NCBI GenBank assembly: GCA_043739185.1
Contig: JAYUEN010000496.1
Location: 1-29,130 of the forward strand
DNA from: Bdellovibrionales bacterium
GTDB lineage: Bacteria; Bdellovibrionota; Bdellovibrionia; Bdellovibrionales; JAMPXM01
DNA: 29,130 nt
Reading direction: 5' to 3'
Part shown: one piece after another, positions 8,995-18,471 of the stretch
How the letters are laid out: every line of letters starts with the position of its first letter
Numbering within the stretch: position 1 is the stretch's first letter
The notes under the pieces: model-generated
What the model saw: the letters and a program-made list of their open reading frames with translations, nothing else
The model's database searches: none
Told to the model about the DNA's origin: nothing
Program-made: the position numbers and the translations under genes

Positions 8995-9417
8995 TTATTT
9001 TCCGCAAGTATAAGTCATATCTTCTGGACCTCCGCCCATCCCCATATCAATTCGAAGAATGCCGATATTTGCGGCGTTCTTTTTAACGAGAAATTGCAAT
9101 GGGCCGGAGTTTTCATCAGCACCACTCCAAATAAAATGTTCAGCATCTTCAGATTTTTCAACGGCATAGATGAAAGGCGCATTGGTTGCCCCGGGATCAA
9201 GAAATAAGGCCTCTTGATTTTTTGAGTCCTGACAGATCGAAGCAAAAGGAAAGTAAGGCAAGCCTGCATCCGCAATACAGGATACGAGTTCAATTGTATC
9301 AGCCGGGCAAAGATTATTTGCGGCAAAGCCATTGATGGCAAAGCCTAAAGATAAAACTGCGAATAGCGCAACAGATTTCATAAATTCTCCTTTGAGGGGT
9401 TTCTCAAAGGCTAACAA
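8995..9417 (-). CDS. Small secreted hypothetical protein (start probably MKSVALF at 9381)
   Basis: Signal peptide ending in AFA/FAA, four Cys, AAGGAG RBS before the internal ATG. Confidence 0.7.
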   Translation of the reverse strand: MLAFEKPLKGEFMKSVALFAVLSLGFAINGFAANNLCPADTIELVSCIADAGLPYFPFASICQDSKNQEALFLDPGATNAPFIYAVEKSEDAEHFIWSGADENSGPLQFLVKKNAANIGILRIDMGMGGGPEDMTYTCGK

Positions 9418-9459
9418 AGTGAGAAATCAAGTCAATCGCGATTGTGATTTACAAGTGAT

Positions 9460-9837
9460 CTATTGATTGGCGCGGATACTGACGCGAACAAAACTGGCTT
9501 TGGAATTCAACTCAAGCACTTTGACGCTATCTATAGATTTATCTTGTGAGAAAACTTGAGTCAGAATTGCGGATTGGCCGTTGGTGAATAGAATATTTTG
9601 CCCAGCATACTTAATCGTCGATGAGTCGGTTTCGATTTCAACCAAATAGCCATCGCTGTTGTTACTTATCTCATGTACCTGATACGTATAATCTGAAATG
9701 CGCAGGGCATTTGCCTGAAGAACAAGGGGTACTGAGCCAGATACCGTAATCGAGTCTGAAGATTTGGCTGCAAGCACTTGTCCTGACCAAAATAATACGA
9801 GGGCCACAGGGATTGCGGCATAGGAGAATTTAATCAC
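9460..9837 (-). CDS. Secreted beta-sandwich protein resembling a fimbrial/pilin-like subunit
   Basis: Signal peptide (VLA|A), N-terminal ITVSGSV strand, V.E.SN...GY.V.I motif and a C-terminal VSIRAN strand. Resemblance recalled, not searched. Confidence 0.55.
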   Translation of the reverse strand: MIKFSYAAIPVALVLFWSGQVLAAKSSDSITVSGSVPLVLQANALRISDYTYQVHEISNNSDGYLVEIETDSSTIKYAGQNILFTNGQSAILTQVFSQDKSIDSVKVLELNSKASFVRVSIRANQ

Positions 9838-10066
9838 TATCTATTGTTCCGATCTTTGCGAAATTTTAAAATTATCATTGCGAAAGCGGGACCATTGAGG
9901 GCTTCGTTTAAAATTGAGGGGAGAATCGTTTGCGTGAAATAATTGCATTTGGGGTGACGTAAACTCGTATGCATTCACTTCTGAATAGTGCAGGAAAATG
10001 CTTTTGGGCCTCGCAATTGCTTAAATTTCAATCAATTGAATTTGATTTGCTGGTGTCATAAAAAAA

Positions 10067-10082
10067 TGGCCCGAGCGTTGCA
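10067..10082 (+). promoter_or_regulatory. Sigma54 (-24/-12) promoter candidate
   Basis: TGGCCCGAGCGTTGCA is close to TGGCAC-N5-TTGCA and lies 68 nt upstream of the ATG at 10151. Confidence 0.6.
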
Positions 10083-10150
10083 ATAATATGAGTCGGACGC
10101 AAAATGGCATCACGCCAAAAAGCATTAACAACATTTGAAAAGGGGAAAAT

Positions 10151-10453
10151 ATGAAACAATTTATAGCAATGACTTTGATCGCACTGAGTTTACCAATCGG
10201 CTCAATGGCTTTTGCACAAGAGGGTTTTTCGCCTATGAATGGTGGGGCTGTTGAAGGAATGTATTATCGCTGTGAAGCGATGGGCACAAATCAAAGACGA
10301 CATTGGGTGCGGGGCGAAAATGAAAATTCACTGATAAAATATGCTCAAATAGGAGCGCTTCGCGACTGTCGAAGGCACGGAGGCATCAATTGCCGAATCA
10401 CACATTGTTTTCGTGAATATGTAAAACTAGATTCAATGCCATATCAGGAGTAA
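10151..10453 (+). CDS. Small secreted four-Cys protein (DUF4189-like pattern)
   Basis: Signal peptide AFA|Q, A...AL..C...GG..C.I..C pattern, AAGGGG RBS. Confidence 0.7.
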   Translation: MKQFIAMTLIALSLPIGSMAFAQEGFSPMNGGAVEGMYYRCEAMGTNQRRHWVRGENENSLIKYAQIGALRDCRRHGGINCRITHCFREYVKLDSMPYQE

Positions 10454-10487
10454 TCGAAGCTTAATAATGCCTTTAAATAATAAAAAG

Positions 10488-11135
10488 CTATTTGGAAGAG
10501 AAACTACAATCCAAATAGCTTTTGTCTTTAGGGCAGACCTTCAGGACTTTATTAGATTTATCAATTAGGCTCCATGAGCCGCCACTAAGAGTGCTGTGTT
10601 CTGAATCTTTTGTATGTTCAATTTTGCAACCCATGCAAACTTTCGCATAAGTCTTTTCAAAGGCCGTATCAAAGGCCCGTTCAAAGGCCCGTTCAAAGGC
10701 CCGTTCAAAGGGTAGAGCGAAATCATATATGGCAGGAATAACAATATTTAGCTCTTTGTTTATAAAACCAAACTGATTTTTTTCATTTATAAAACGTGCA
10801 AAGCCGTCGCTAAAGTAGTCTGCGCCATTATCAAAGCAAAACACCTTTCGAATCCGAGCTTTTTTGTTTATCCAAAAACAGCCCATTTGTCCGATGCTAC
10901 CGCTGGCTAAATGTTCATGGTCAAAGGCAATTAGTTTGAAAGCACTTTCTTTTATGGTTATACTGCCATCTGAACTAATTTTGGCGCAATCATCCGAAAA
11001 TTTTGAATCTTCAAGCCCGGGAAAGCGACAGCTTATTTGGCTCTCAGCGCCAAATGCCTTAGAAAAAGAGAAGGCTAGAAAAATAAGAGTCACAATCAAG
11101 AGGCTGCTGATACGCCAAAAGAATTTATTCCGCAC
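10488..11135 (-). CDS. WG-repeat-containing secreted protein
   Basis: FDNGADYFSDGFARF...FGFINKELNIVIPAIYDFALPF...AKVC.GC...GG.W.LID is a typical WG (KWG)-repeat pattern; N-terminal signal peptide. Confidence 0.85.
   Translation of the reverse strand: MRNKFFWRISSLLIVTLIFLAFSFSKAFGAESQISCRFPGLEDSKFSDDCAKISSDGSITIKESAFKLIAFDHEHLASGSIGQMGCFWINKKARIRKVFCFDNGADYFSDGFARFINEKNQFGFINKELNIVIPAIYDFALPFERAFERAFERAFDTAFEKTYAKVCMGCKIEHTKDSEHSTLSGGSWSLIDKSNKVLKVCPKDKSYLDCSFSSK
10657..10711. repeat. In-frame 12-bp tandem repeat (TCAAAGGCCCGT, about 4.6 copies)
   Basis: Units at 10657 (variant), 10669, 10681 and 10693, plus a partial unit at 10705. Encodes FERAFERAFERAFDTAFE. Confidence 0.95.
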
Positions 11136-11739
11136 AGAGCCTCATGCGCTGAATTTCGCCGCTGTGATTTATTTGCGCGAAGCTGCCAATGTCTAAGTTT
11201 ACGTCCTTTGGAACAAAGCTCATATTGCCTTTGGCATCGATATTGCGATCAACAGTGAAATACTGCAGGCTAAAGCTCTTGTTTTCCTCTTGCGGTGAGC
11301 AGGGTGACTCGCTTGCAGGCTCATTTTTAACAAGTACCCGAACTTCACCTAAAAGGGCAGCAAGAGCCACGGGGCTTAACTCAAGCTTTAATGCGGCAAG
11401 ATCAATGCTCATCTCGCCAGCGTCTTTCACATAACTCTTTTTAAAATGCTGATTTATTTTCAAGTTTGCTAGTTCTGTTTCGGCCTCTTTCTTAGAGTGA
11501 AAGGGGCCACGAACCACCGCAAAGAGATTGGGAGTCAAACTTTTGTAGAGATTGCTTATTAATACCCACCCCCCAGTGTCTGCGGCCTTAGATTGGGCTT
11601 CAGCTTGCTTTTTATATGAGTCGCTTATGATAAAAAAATCAGATGCCAAAAGCTTCTGAGGAGATGAAATTTGAGTGGCTAGAAAGATAACGAAGAGTAT
11701 TTTTAGTCTGGTTTTCATTGGTGGCCTCCCTTGGTACAC
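11125..11739 (-). CDS. Secreted protein with a SPOR-like N-terminal domain (start probably 11718)
   Basis: Signal peptide, then FIISDSYK...A...Y.SLTPNLFAVVRGPF.SK.EA...L.....SYVK, a SPOR-like beta-alpha-beta pattern. Overlaps the WG-repeat gene by 11 nt. Confidence 0.55.
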   Translation of the reverse strand: MYQGRPPMKTRLKILFVIFLATQISSPQKLLASDFFIISDSYKKQAEAQSKAADTGGWVLISNLYKSLTPNLFAVVRGPFHSKKEAETELANLKINQHFKKSYVKDAGEMSIDLAALKLELSPVALAALLGEVRVLVKNEPASESPCSPQEENKSFSLQYFTVDRNIDAKGNMSFVPKDVNLDIGSFAQINHSGEIQRMRLCAE

Positions 11740-11853
11740 AATTGAGTATGGTGGCCGACTTCCGCAGAGGTCAAACGGCCTGTAGAATGCTGCTTAAAGT
11801 TAGGCGCAAAGCCTTGCCAGGGCCTTGGGAGCCAGTTAAACTTTCGGACTTAA

Positions 11854-11974
11854 AGATGAGTCCAAAATTAATGGGACCTTCGTTGCCGTCGTCGTCAGCT
11901 TGTGCGGCCTACAGGAAGTAGGCCTCCGCGCCTTCTCCTCGGACGCCTCGGTCGCATTAATTTTGAACTCATCT
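11854..11974. mobile_element. 121-bp palindromic MITE/REP-like element
   Basis: Terminal inverted repeats AGATGAGTCCAAAATTAATGGGACC (11854-11878) and GGTCGCATTAATTTTGAACTCATCT (11950-11974) match at 23/25 positions. GC-rich core with an internal hairpin GGCCTAC-AGGAA-GTAGGCC (11906-11924). Confidence 0.8.
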
Positions 11975-12020
11975 AGACATGTGCATTAAATTTTAAATTA
12001 GCACCTTCGAGGGGGTTTCT

Positions 12021-13340
12021 TTGACAGTAAAAGAATATTCAAAAAGCTTTTGCGTTTACCCTTGGATACATCAAGTGGCTACACCAACAGGAAAAGTAAA
12101 TTTTTGCTGTATATCTGAAAAAACCTATATTCATCACGACAATGGTAAACCAATCAATTTGGCTGAAGATTCTTTTGAAGAGGCTTGGAACACAAAAGAT
12201 ATGCGCGACATTCGAAAGAAGATGTTGTGTGGCGAATCGGTTAAGGGATGCGAGACATGCTATGAGCAAGAAAAAATTGGCAAACGAAGCTATCGTCAAT
12301 CGCATAATGAAGAATGGTTTAGCCGCTTGGGTAAGAGTGAAATCGTTGATCGCGTCGAAAACTCAAAGCGCAATGACTTTCGCGTTGATAAACCTCCGGT
12401 CTATCTTGATTTGCGACTGGGCAATCTTTGCAATTTGAAATGTCGAATGTGTAATCCCTACAACAGTGTCATGATTCAAAAGGAATGGCAGGAGCTCGAT
12501 CAGCAAAGTGATGGCGAGTATTCTCAGTTTTGGGAAAAATACAATATGAAGCTCGGTACCGTGAGCAAGTGGTACGAATCTGACAATTTTTGGAATGATG
12601 TTGAAAAATATATTCCGCATCTTAAAAAAGTTTATATGACCGGTGGAGAGCCGACACTCATTGAATCCAACTATCGTTTTCTCGATTTGTGTCGTGAAAA
12701 GGGTTATGCAAATAAGATTGAACTCTTTTTCAATCTTAATTTTACCAATATGTCTGATAAATTCATTGAGCAATTGGCAGATTTTAAATGGACATCAATC
12801 AATGCGAGCATCGACGGTTTTGGCTCAGTGAATGAATACATTCGCGGCTCGAGCAAATGGGACATTTGCGATCGCAATATCAATCGCCTGCTTTCGAGCC
12901 ATGTGTCGACAGTTGGTTTGGGTTTTTCTCCAGTGATTCAGATTTACAATATTTTAAAAATCACTGAATTATTAGATTATATTGAGTCCTTAATTTTAAA
13001 ATATGATCATGATATTTTAATTGATTTTCTTTACTGCTTTAGCCCTGAATTTCTCGATATGGAGTCTCTGCCAAAAAGTATCAAACTCGAGGCCAAAAAA
13101 AGAGTCGAGCTTTGGGCTGAAAATTCGCGCCTCTTGAGGCGACATTCTTCGAAGTCATTTTTCATTAAAAACAGCATTGAAAGTTTGCTCAATCGCTTGA
13201 ATCAAACTTTGGAACTCGAAAACTCTGAGAAGCTAAAAGATTTTATGAAGTATACAAAAACTCTTGATGAAAAACGCAATCAAAATTTTAGCCAAGCTCT
13301 GCCCGAGCTTGCAAGGATGTTAAATGAGTCAGGCTACTGA
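12021..13340 (+). CDS. Radical SAM protein with an N-terminal twitch (half-SPASM) Fe-S domain, paralogue 1
   Basis: N-terminal FCVYPWIH..CC..W..R..ML.G...GCETCY, then CNLKCRMC (CxxxCxxC), TGGEP, ASIDG and EYIR. TTG start with GAGGGGG RBS. Confidence 0.93.
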   Translation: MTVKEYSKSFCVYPWIHQVATPTGKVNFCCISEKTYIHHDNGKPINLAEDSFEEAWNTKDMRDIRKKMLCGESVKGCETCYEQEKIGKRSYRQSHNEEWFSRLGKSEIVDRVENSKRNDFRVDKPPVYLDLRLGNLCNLKCRMCNPYNSVMIQKEWQELDQQSDGEYSQFWEKYNMKLGTVSKWYESDNFWNDVEKYIPHLKKVYMTGGEPTLIESNYRFLDLCREKGYANKIELFFNLNFTNMSDKFIEQLADFKWTSINASIDGFGSVNEYIRGSSKWDICDRNINRLLSSHVSTVGLGFSPVIQIYNILKITELLDYIESLILKYDHDILIDFLYCFSPEFLDMESLPKSIKLEAKKRVELWAENSRLLRRHSSKSFFIKNSIESLLNRLNQTLELENSEKLKDFMKYTKTLDEKRNQNFSQALPELARMLNESGY

Positions 13341-14616
13341 TCCGGTCGATATATACGGCAAAAGATTTGGCCCAACTTGGTGTATTCTCCCCTGGATTCA
13401 TGCCGCGTCTTTGACTGATGGCAGCACTCAGCTTTGCTGTGTCGCCGAAGAGGTTTCAAAAGTAAATTTAAATCACGGAACCCTCAAGGATTATTGGAAG
13501 AGTGATTATATTAAAGATGCGCGCAAGAATATGCTCGCGGGCAAAAAAGTGTCGGCTTGTCGTAGATGTTATGAAGAAGAGGGAAATGAGTATCGCAGCC
13601 ATCGCCTTATGGAGAATAAAAATTGGCATGATATGTTGGGCACGGCAGAAATCAATGATATCGTCGGCGCCACCGCAACGGATGGTTCACTTGATCGCGA
13701 TATGATCGCCATTGATTTGCGCTTGGGAAATACCTGCAATTTACAATGCATCATGTGCCAGCCGCGCGAGAGCTCGAAATGGGTTTCCTTGGCTTCTAAA
13801 ATTCACGATTCGGTTCATTCGCTGTCGCTCAAAGCAGAGTGGAAGTATAAACAAAACATAAAGGTTGAAAATTACGAGTGGTATAAGAATGAAGAGTTTT
13901 GGAATGCGCTAAAGGAAACCATTCCGCACTTAAGAGAAATTATCATCGCAGGTGGAGAGCCAATGATAATCAAGCAACATCTCAATTTTTTAAAAGAATG
14001 TGCTCTCAACTATGATGTCAGCCATATCAATTTGCGCTATCATACCAACCTTGTTGAATTTCCTGAAGAAATGATTCCCCATTGGGAAAAGTTCAAAAAA
14101 GTAGAGTTTTTTGCCAGCATTGACGGCATGAATGACGTCGCCAATTACATTCGCTATCCGTCTAATTGGGAAATCATCGAGAAGAATATTCATTTAATCG
14201 ACAAAACTTCATCAAACACCTGGTTGTATTTTTTGTATAGCGTACAAGCGCTCAATATTGGGCAGCTACCTGACTTTATACGTTGGGTTCGCTCAAAAGG
14301 CTTCAATAAAGAAAAAATGTATTTGAGAAGTCAAATGTTCATTCACCCTGGCTTGATTCATTGGCCACAGTATTTGAATCCAAAGGTTTTACCAAAAAAA
14401 ATGAAAGCAGAGATCACTGAGCAGTTTGCAATTCTCAAAGCTGAAAAAGAAGAGGCTTTTGATAAATTTGACGGCATTGTTTCATTTATGAATTCAGAAG
14501 ATTGGTCATCTAAGCTTGGGGTGTTTTCTGAATACCTTGAGGCACTAGATAAAACCAGGGGTACAGATCGCTTTAAAGTATTTCCGCAAATCATGGAATC
14601 TCTCCGTGATTTTTAA
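13324..14616 (+). CDS. Radical SAM protein with an N-terminal twitch domain, paralogue 2
   Basis: WCILPWIH..LCC..ACRRCY, CNLQCIMC, AGGEP, ASIDG, YIRYP. Overlaps paralogue 1 by 17 nt. Confidence 0.93.
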   Translation: MSQATDPVDIYGKRFGPTWCILPWIHAASLTDGSTQLCCVAEEVSKVNLNHGTLKDYWKSDYIKDARKNMLAGKKVSACRRCYEEEGNEYRSHRLMENKNWHDMLGTAEINDIVGATATDGSLDRDMIAIDLRLGNTCNLQCIMCQPRESSKWVSLASKIHDSVHSLSLKAEWKYKQNIKVENYEWYKNEEFWNALKETIPHLREIIIAGGEPMIIKQHLNFLKECALNYDVSHINLRYHTNLVEFPEEMIPHWEKFKKVEFFASIDGMNDVANYIRYPSNWEIIEKNIHLIDKTSSNTWLYFLYSVQALNIGQLPDFIRWVRSKGFNKEKMYLRSQMFIHPGLIHWPQYLNPKVLPKKMKAEITEQFAILKAEKEEAFDKFDGIVSFMNSEDWSSKLGVFSEYLEALDKTRGTDRFKVFPQIMESLRDF

Positions 14617-14636
14617 TTTTAAAAAAGTTTTCATTA

Positions 14637-16016
14637 TTGAAGGAGCTTTGTAAAATGCCAAATATCGATTTGGATGCTGATTCAATTGCTGAATCTAAAA
14701 ATTTTTGTGCCTATCCCTTCTTGCAACTTTCTTCAGTGCCGGCAGGCTTGTGGCGCCCCTGTTGTTTTTATTTAGAAGGCTTGGCAGGCGCAGACGGTGC
14801 GAAATTAGATGTCAAAAAAGATTCTCTTAAAGACATTTGGAATTCAGAAGGCCTGAAGAAAATTCGCAGCGATATGCTAAATGATAAGCCCCTTCAAGGA
14901 TGCATACAGTGCCATCGCGAAGAGAAATTGGGCACAGTTAGCATGAGACAAAGGAGTTTAAAAGATTGGGTCGGTACCAAAGATCTCAAAACGGCAGTGA
15001 CTCAGGCTCAAGAAAATTCGGGTTTCGTTCAGCAGGGGCCAGTCTATTTAGAATTGAAACCTGGGAATCTCTGTAATCTCAAATGTCGTATGTGCAATCA
15101 ATTTGATAGCATTATGGTCGCGCAAGAACTCAAAGAGTTGGCGAAGAAATTCAAGGACCGATTGGGTAGCGATTATGATCCTTCGACCTCGCCACGGCTC
15201 TTTGAGGAAAATAACTTTGAATTTAGTTTTGATGTCGAATCAATGCCTGATTGGACGCAGCTGGCAAATTTTTGGAATGAAGTAGACAGTTTTATTCCAA
15301 ACTTAAAAGTATTAAGCTTAGCTGGCGGTGAGCCCACTTTAATTCCTCAAGTTGAAAGTTTGCTACAGCGTTGTGTTGAGATGGGTTACTCTAAGAACAT
15401 TACGGTTTATTTGAGTTCTAATTTTACTAAAATAAATTCGAATCTTTTAAAGCTGAGCCGCGAATTCAAAATGTTTGAATTTATTGCGAGTATCGATGGG
15501 ACCGAAAAAGTTTATGAGCTCATTCGCTTTCCCGGAAAATGGAATATAGTCGAAAGCAATTTTCGAAAGGTACAAGCCCAAATTATCCCAGGTCGTCTCA
15601 AGCTTTTAGTTAATTTGACCGTGCAAATATACAATATTTTAACATTCACCAATATTCTGCGCTGGATGGAATCTGTCGAAGCTGAGCAAGTTGAGTTTTA
15701 CCAGCATCCGTTTAATCTCAATATTCTTTATTATCCACATTATCTGCGCCCGGAACTTTTACCGCTGGCACTGCGGGGCACTGCTATTTCTCGCATTCGA
15801 TCTTATATGCTTGAATCGGTTTTTGTAAAAAGGCATCCCGAGTTAGGGGAGCGTTTAGAACAGCTAATTAAAATGCTCTCAAATGAATTGCCTGAGGATT
15901 ACAATTCTGCCATCGGAAAATTTAAGGCTTACAATAGTATGTTAGACGAGCACCGTGGTCAAAGTCTGAAAGATGTTGAACCGGATCTCTATAAGGAGAT
16001 TTATGGAAATGTTTGA
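14637..16016 (+). CDS. Radical SAM protein with an N-terminal twitch domain, paralogue 3 (start probably ATG at 14655)
   Basis: FCAYPF..PCC..GCIQCH, CNLKCRMC, AGGEP, ASIDG, LIRFP. AAGGAG RBS precedes the ATG at 14655. Confidence 0.93.
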   Translation: MKELCKMPNIDLDADSIAESKNFCAYPFLQLSSVPAGLWRPCCFYLEGLAGADGAKLDVKKDSLKDIWNSEGLKKIRSDMLNDKPLQGCIQCHREEKLGTVSMRQRSLKDWVGTKDLKTAVTQAQENSGFVQQGPVYLELKPGNLCNLKCRMCNQFDSIMVAQELKELAKKFKDRLGSDYDPSTSPRLFEENNFEFSFDVESMPDWTQLANFWNEVDSFIPNLKVLSLAGGEPTLIPQVESLLQRCVEMGYSKNITVYLSSNFTKINSNLLKLSREFKMFEFIASIDGTEKVYELIRFPGKWNIVESNFRKVQAQIIPGRLKLLVNLTVQIYNILTFTNILRWMESVEAEQVEFYQHPFNLNILYYPHYLRPELLPLALRGTAISRIRSYMLESVFVKRHPELGERLEQLIKMLSNELPEDYNSAIGKFKAYNSMLDEHRGQSLKDVEPDLYKEIYGNV

Positions 16017-17316
16017 TTTATTAAAACCAAATGAGAGCAATATCAAAATTGAAGAATCCAAATCGCTTTGCCCACTTCCGTGGATGCATTTGAGCTTCAA
16101 TACCGATTCAAGCCTGCGAGCTTGTTGCAATACCGACCATGGCGGCTTCATAACAAAAGAAGATGGATCACTCATTTTCAAAGATGAAATCGCGTCACTT
16201 GATCAAGTTGCGAATAATCAATTTATGAAAAAACTTCGTAAAGACATGATGGATGATGTGAAACCAGATTTCTGCAGGACCTGCCATCGGGTTGAAGCCA
16301 ATGGCGCGCCTTCGGTGCGAAAAATCTATGTAGATCAGTACGGCCCAGAACTGAAACAAGGATTGGCGCAAACCAGTCCCGATGGTTCTTATAATATGAA
16401 GGTGAAATATCTAGATTTTGCCCTGGGTAATGATTGCAATATTAAGTGCCGTATGTGTAATCCCGGTGCTTCTTATATTTTGAGAAAAGAATTTGAAGAG
16501 CTTTCTCGAAAATTCGACGCGTCTTATGCAGAGAGATCTCAAAATTCGTGGGAGATAAATGATAAATTTAAAGCTCTCTTGGTTGAGCTTTTTGATACCA
16601 CCGAATTGATTCTGACCACGGGCGGAGAGCCATTCATTACTAAAAAGCATATTGAAATTTTAAAGTTAGCGGTTTCATGCGGTAAGGCAAAACAAATTAG
16701 ACTGATGTACCATAGCAATCTAACTATGATTCCGGATGCCCTCGTTGAACTCTGGAGAAATTTCAAGCAAGTTGATATTCACGGCAGCATCGAGGCCTTT
16801 GGTTCCTTAAACGAATATATTCGTTGGCCTTCAAAGTGGGAGAAAATCAAGTCTAATATTGAAAAAATTCTTGAGCTTCAGAAGTCGATGAAAATTTGGC
16901 TTGAGATTCACACGGTTTTTCAAGCCCTCAGCATATTGAGATTGCCTGAGCTTTATAGTTTTTTATTAAGTTTTGAGGATCGCATTCCACCCCTAAGTTA
17001 TCTTATTTGGTTAGATCAGCCTGCGCATTTGTCGCCGAATGTATTGCCGCCGAAGCTTCGAGAATTGGGCCAGCAAAGAATATCAAAGTTTTTCGAAGAC
17101 AATCAGTCGCGGCTTTTGAAAGGCCGCTTTACTGAATTCAATGAGCAAAAAATTCAAATTTCACAATCTCATTTTCAAAGATTACTAGAGTCTCCGTTTG
17201 AGCAAGCGCAATTCGACGAGTGCTTACGCTTAAGTCTCGCGCAAGACAAATACCGTAATCAAAATTTGTTTGAAGTCTTACCAGAGTTCAAAGAATTTTA
17301 TAGTCCCAGTAATTAG
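15973..17316 (+). CDS. Radical SAM protein with an N-terminal twitch domain, paralogue 4 (start probably 16003 or 16009)
   Basis: LCPLPWMH..ACC..FCRTCH, CNIKCRMC, TGGEP, GSIEA, EYIRWP. AAGGAG at 15993-15998. Confidence 0.93.
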   Translation: MLNRISIRRFMEMFDLLKPNESNIKIEESKSLCPLPWMHLSFNTDSSLRACCNTDHGGFITKEDGSLIFKDEIASLDQVANNQFMKKLRKDMMDDVKPDFCRTCHRVEANGAPSVRKIYVDQYGPELKQGLAQTSPDGSYNMKVKYLDFALGNDCNIKCRMCNPGASYILRKEFEELSRKFDASYAERSQNSWEINDKFKALLVELFDTTELILTTGGEPFITKKHIEILKLAVSCGKAKQIRLMYHSNLTMIPDALVELWRNFKQVDIHGSIEAFGSLNEYIRWPSKWEKIKSNIEKILELQKSMKIWLEIHTVFQALSILRLPELYSFLLSFEDRIPPLSYLIWLDQPAHLSPNVLPPKLRELGQQRISKFFEDNQSRLLKGRFTEFNEQKIQISQSHFQRLLESPFEQAQFDECLRLSLAQDKYRNQNLFEVLPEFKEFYSPSN

Positions 17317-17319
17317 GTT

Positions 17320-18471
17320 TTGAGGAATTCAATGTCTGAAGTAAAAAAAAATCAAATGCAAATAGAAATTCGTGAATTTCAAACGTGGAGCAAGTCCAAT
17401 CCGAGTGCGCCTACGTGCAGGGAGATCTACAATAAAATTTATGAAAGTCGCTATCACGGCATTAAACTGCTCGGACCGCAAAATTATTTTGGCGGACTAG
17501 ATCGTTTGCCAGCAATTGCGAGAAGACCCAAATTTTTAAAGCCAATATGGGAAAGAATTGAGCATTCTCAAAGGCCTCACTATAGTTTTGTGATACCAAC
17601 ATTTTGTCAGCCTGAGTTTTTAACGTCAGCCCTCCGTCAAATTTCAAAATTGAATCGCCCAAAAGGAAGCTGGGAAGTCATCGTTGTTGATGACGGAAGC
17701 CCCGAGCAAATACTCGCTACGGTGAAAAGTTATTTGTGTGATGAAGATCTTGGTTATAATTTAAAATATTTGCATTGGGCGAAGCCGCAGAAAATTTTTC
17801 GCGCTGGAGAGGCCCGTAATCTTGGGGTAGATCATGCTCAGGGCGAGAATTTGATCTTTTTAGATTCTGATATGTTAGTGCCGCCGCATTTTTTAGATGA
17901 AGTCGATGCAAGCCTAAAGCGCGCGACCTTGATTCAGTTTGTGCGTGAGCACATTGACCCCAAATACTCAAATGTGCATACGAGTTACGAAGCTGTCGAT
18001 TTAGAAAAATGTTATGTCGAAGAAAAGGCATATTGGCAGCCTTTCTTTGAATCTGAGAACTGGGAAGAGTTGGCCTTTTTTTGGAAGTATACATGCTCAT
18101 ATGCTCTTGCCATTCGAAAGTCTGATTTCTTAGATTCGCGAGGTTTCAATCCCTGTTTTACAGCTTATGGATTTGAAGATACCGATTTGGGCTATAGGCT
18201 CTATAAATCTGGTAAACGCTTTGAGCTCAATAAAACAAAACTTCTGCATTTGACTCATCCGAGTAAAGAAAGTCTCTGGATTACTCAAATGAAGAGGCAA
18301 GAGGCACTTTCTAAAACTGCAAAGATTTTTTTTCTTGCTCATCTTGATCCTGAAATCTATGAGCACTTTCATTTTTATATGATGGATTCAGGTGTCTGGT
18401 GGGCGCGATTTATCAATTTTTTTCGCCAAAAAATCAATTTTCAAAGTAAGCCAAAAAATTTGTCTTCTTAA
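17320..18471 (+). CDS. Family 2 glycosyltransferase with an N-terminal extension (start probably 17332)
   Basis: SFVIPTF, EVIVVDDGS, AGEARNLG, IFLDSD (DxD) and GF..YGFEDTDLGYRL motifs. Confidence 0.93.
   Translation: MRNSMSEVKKNQMQIEIREFQTWSKSNPSAPTCREIYNKIYESRYHGIKLLGPQNYFGGLDRLPAIARRPKFLKPIWERIEHSQRPHYSFVIPTFCQPEFLTSALRQISKLNRPKGSWEVIVVDDGSPEQILATVKSYLCDEDLGYNLKYLHWAKPQKIFRAGEARNLGVDHAQGENLIFLDSDMLVPPHFLDEVDASLKRATLIQFVREHIDPKYSNVHTSYEAVDLEKCYVEEKAYWQPFFESENWEELAFFWKYTCSYALAIRKSDFLDSRGFNPCFTAYGFEDTDLGYRLYKSGKRFELNKTKLLHLTHPSKESLWITQMKRQEALSKTAKIFFLAHLDPEIYEHFHFYMMDSGVWWARFINFFRQKINFQSKPKNLSS

Noticed and set aside
10657..10711. Possible CRISPR or iteron array
   Set aside because: The 12-bp units are directly adjacent with no spacers and lie in frame within a CDS. 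No cas or rep genes are in the window.
11718..11921. 67-aa ORF upstream of the rSAM operon as a possible RiPP precursor
   Set aside because: It overlaps the start of the opposite-strand gene and ends inside the palindromic element. It has no clear RBS or leader/core pattern, and no RRE/PqqD, peptidase or exporter gene is in the cluster.
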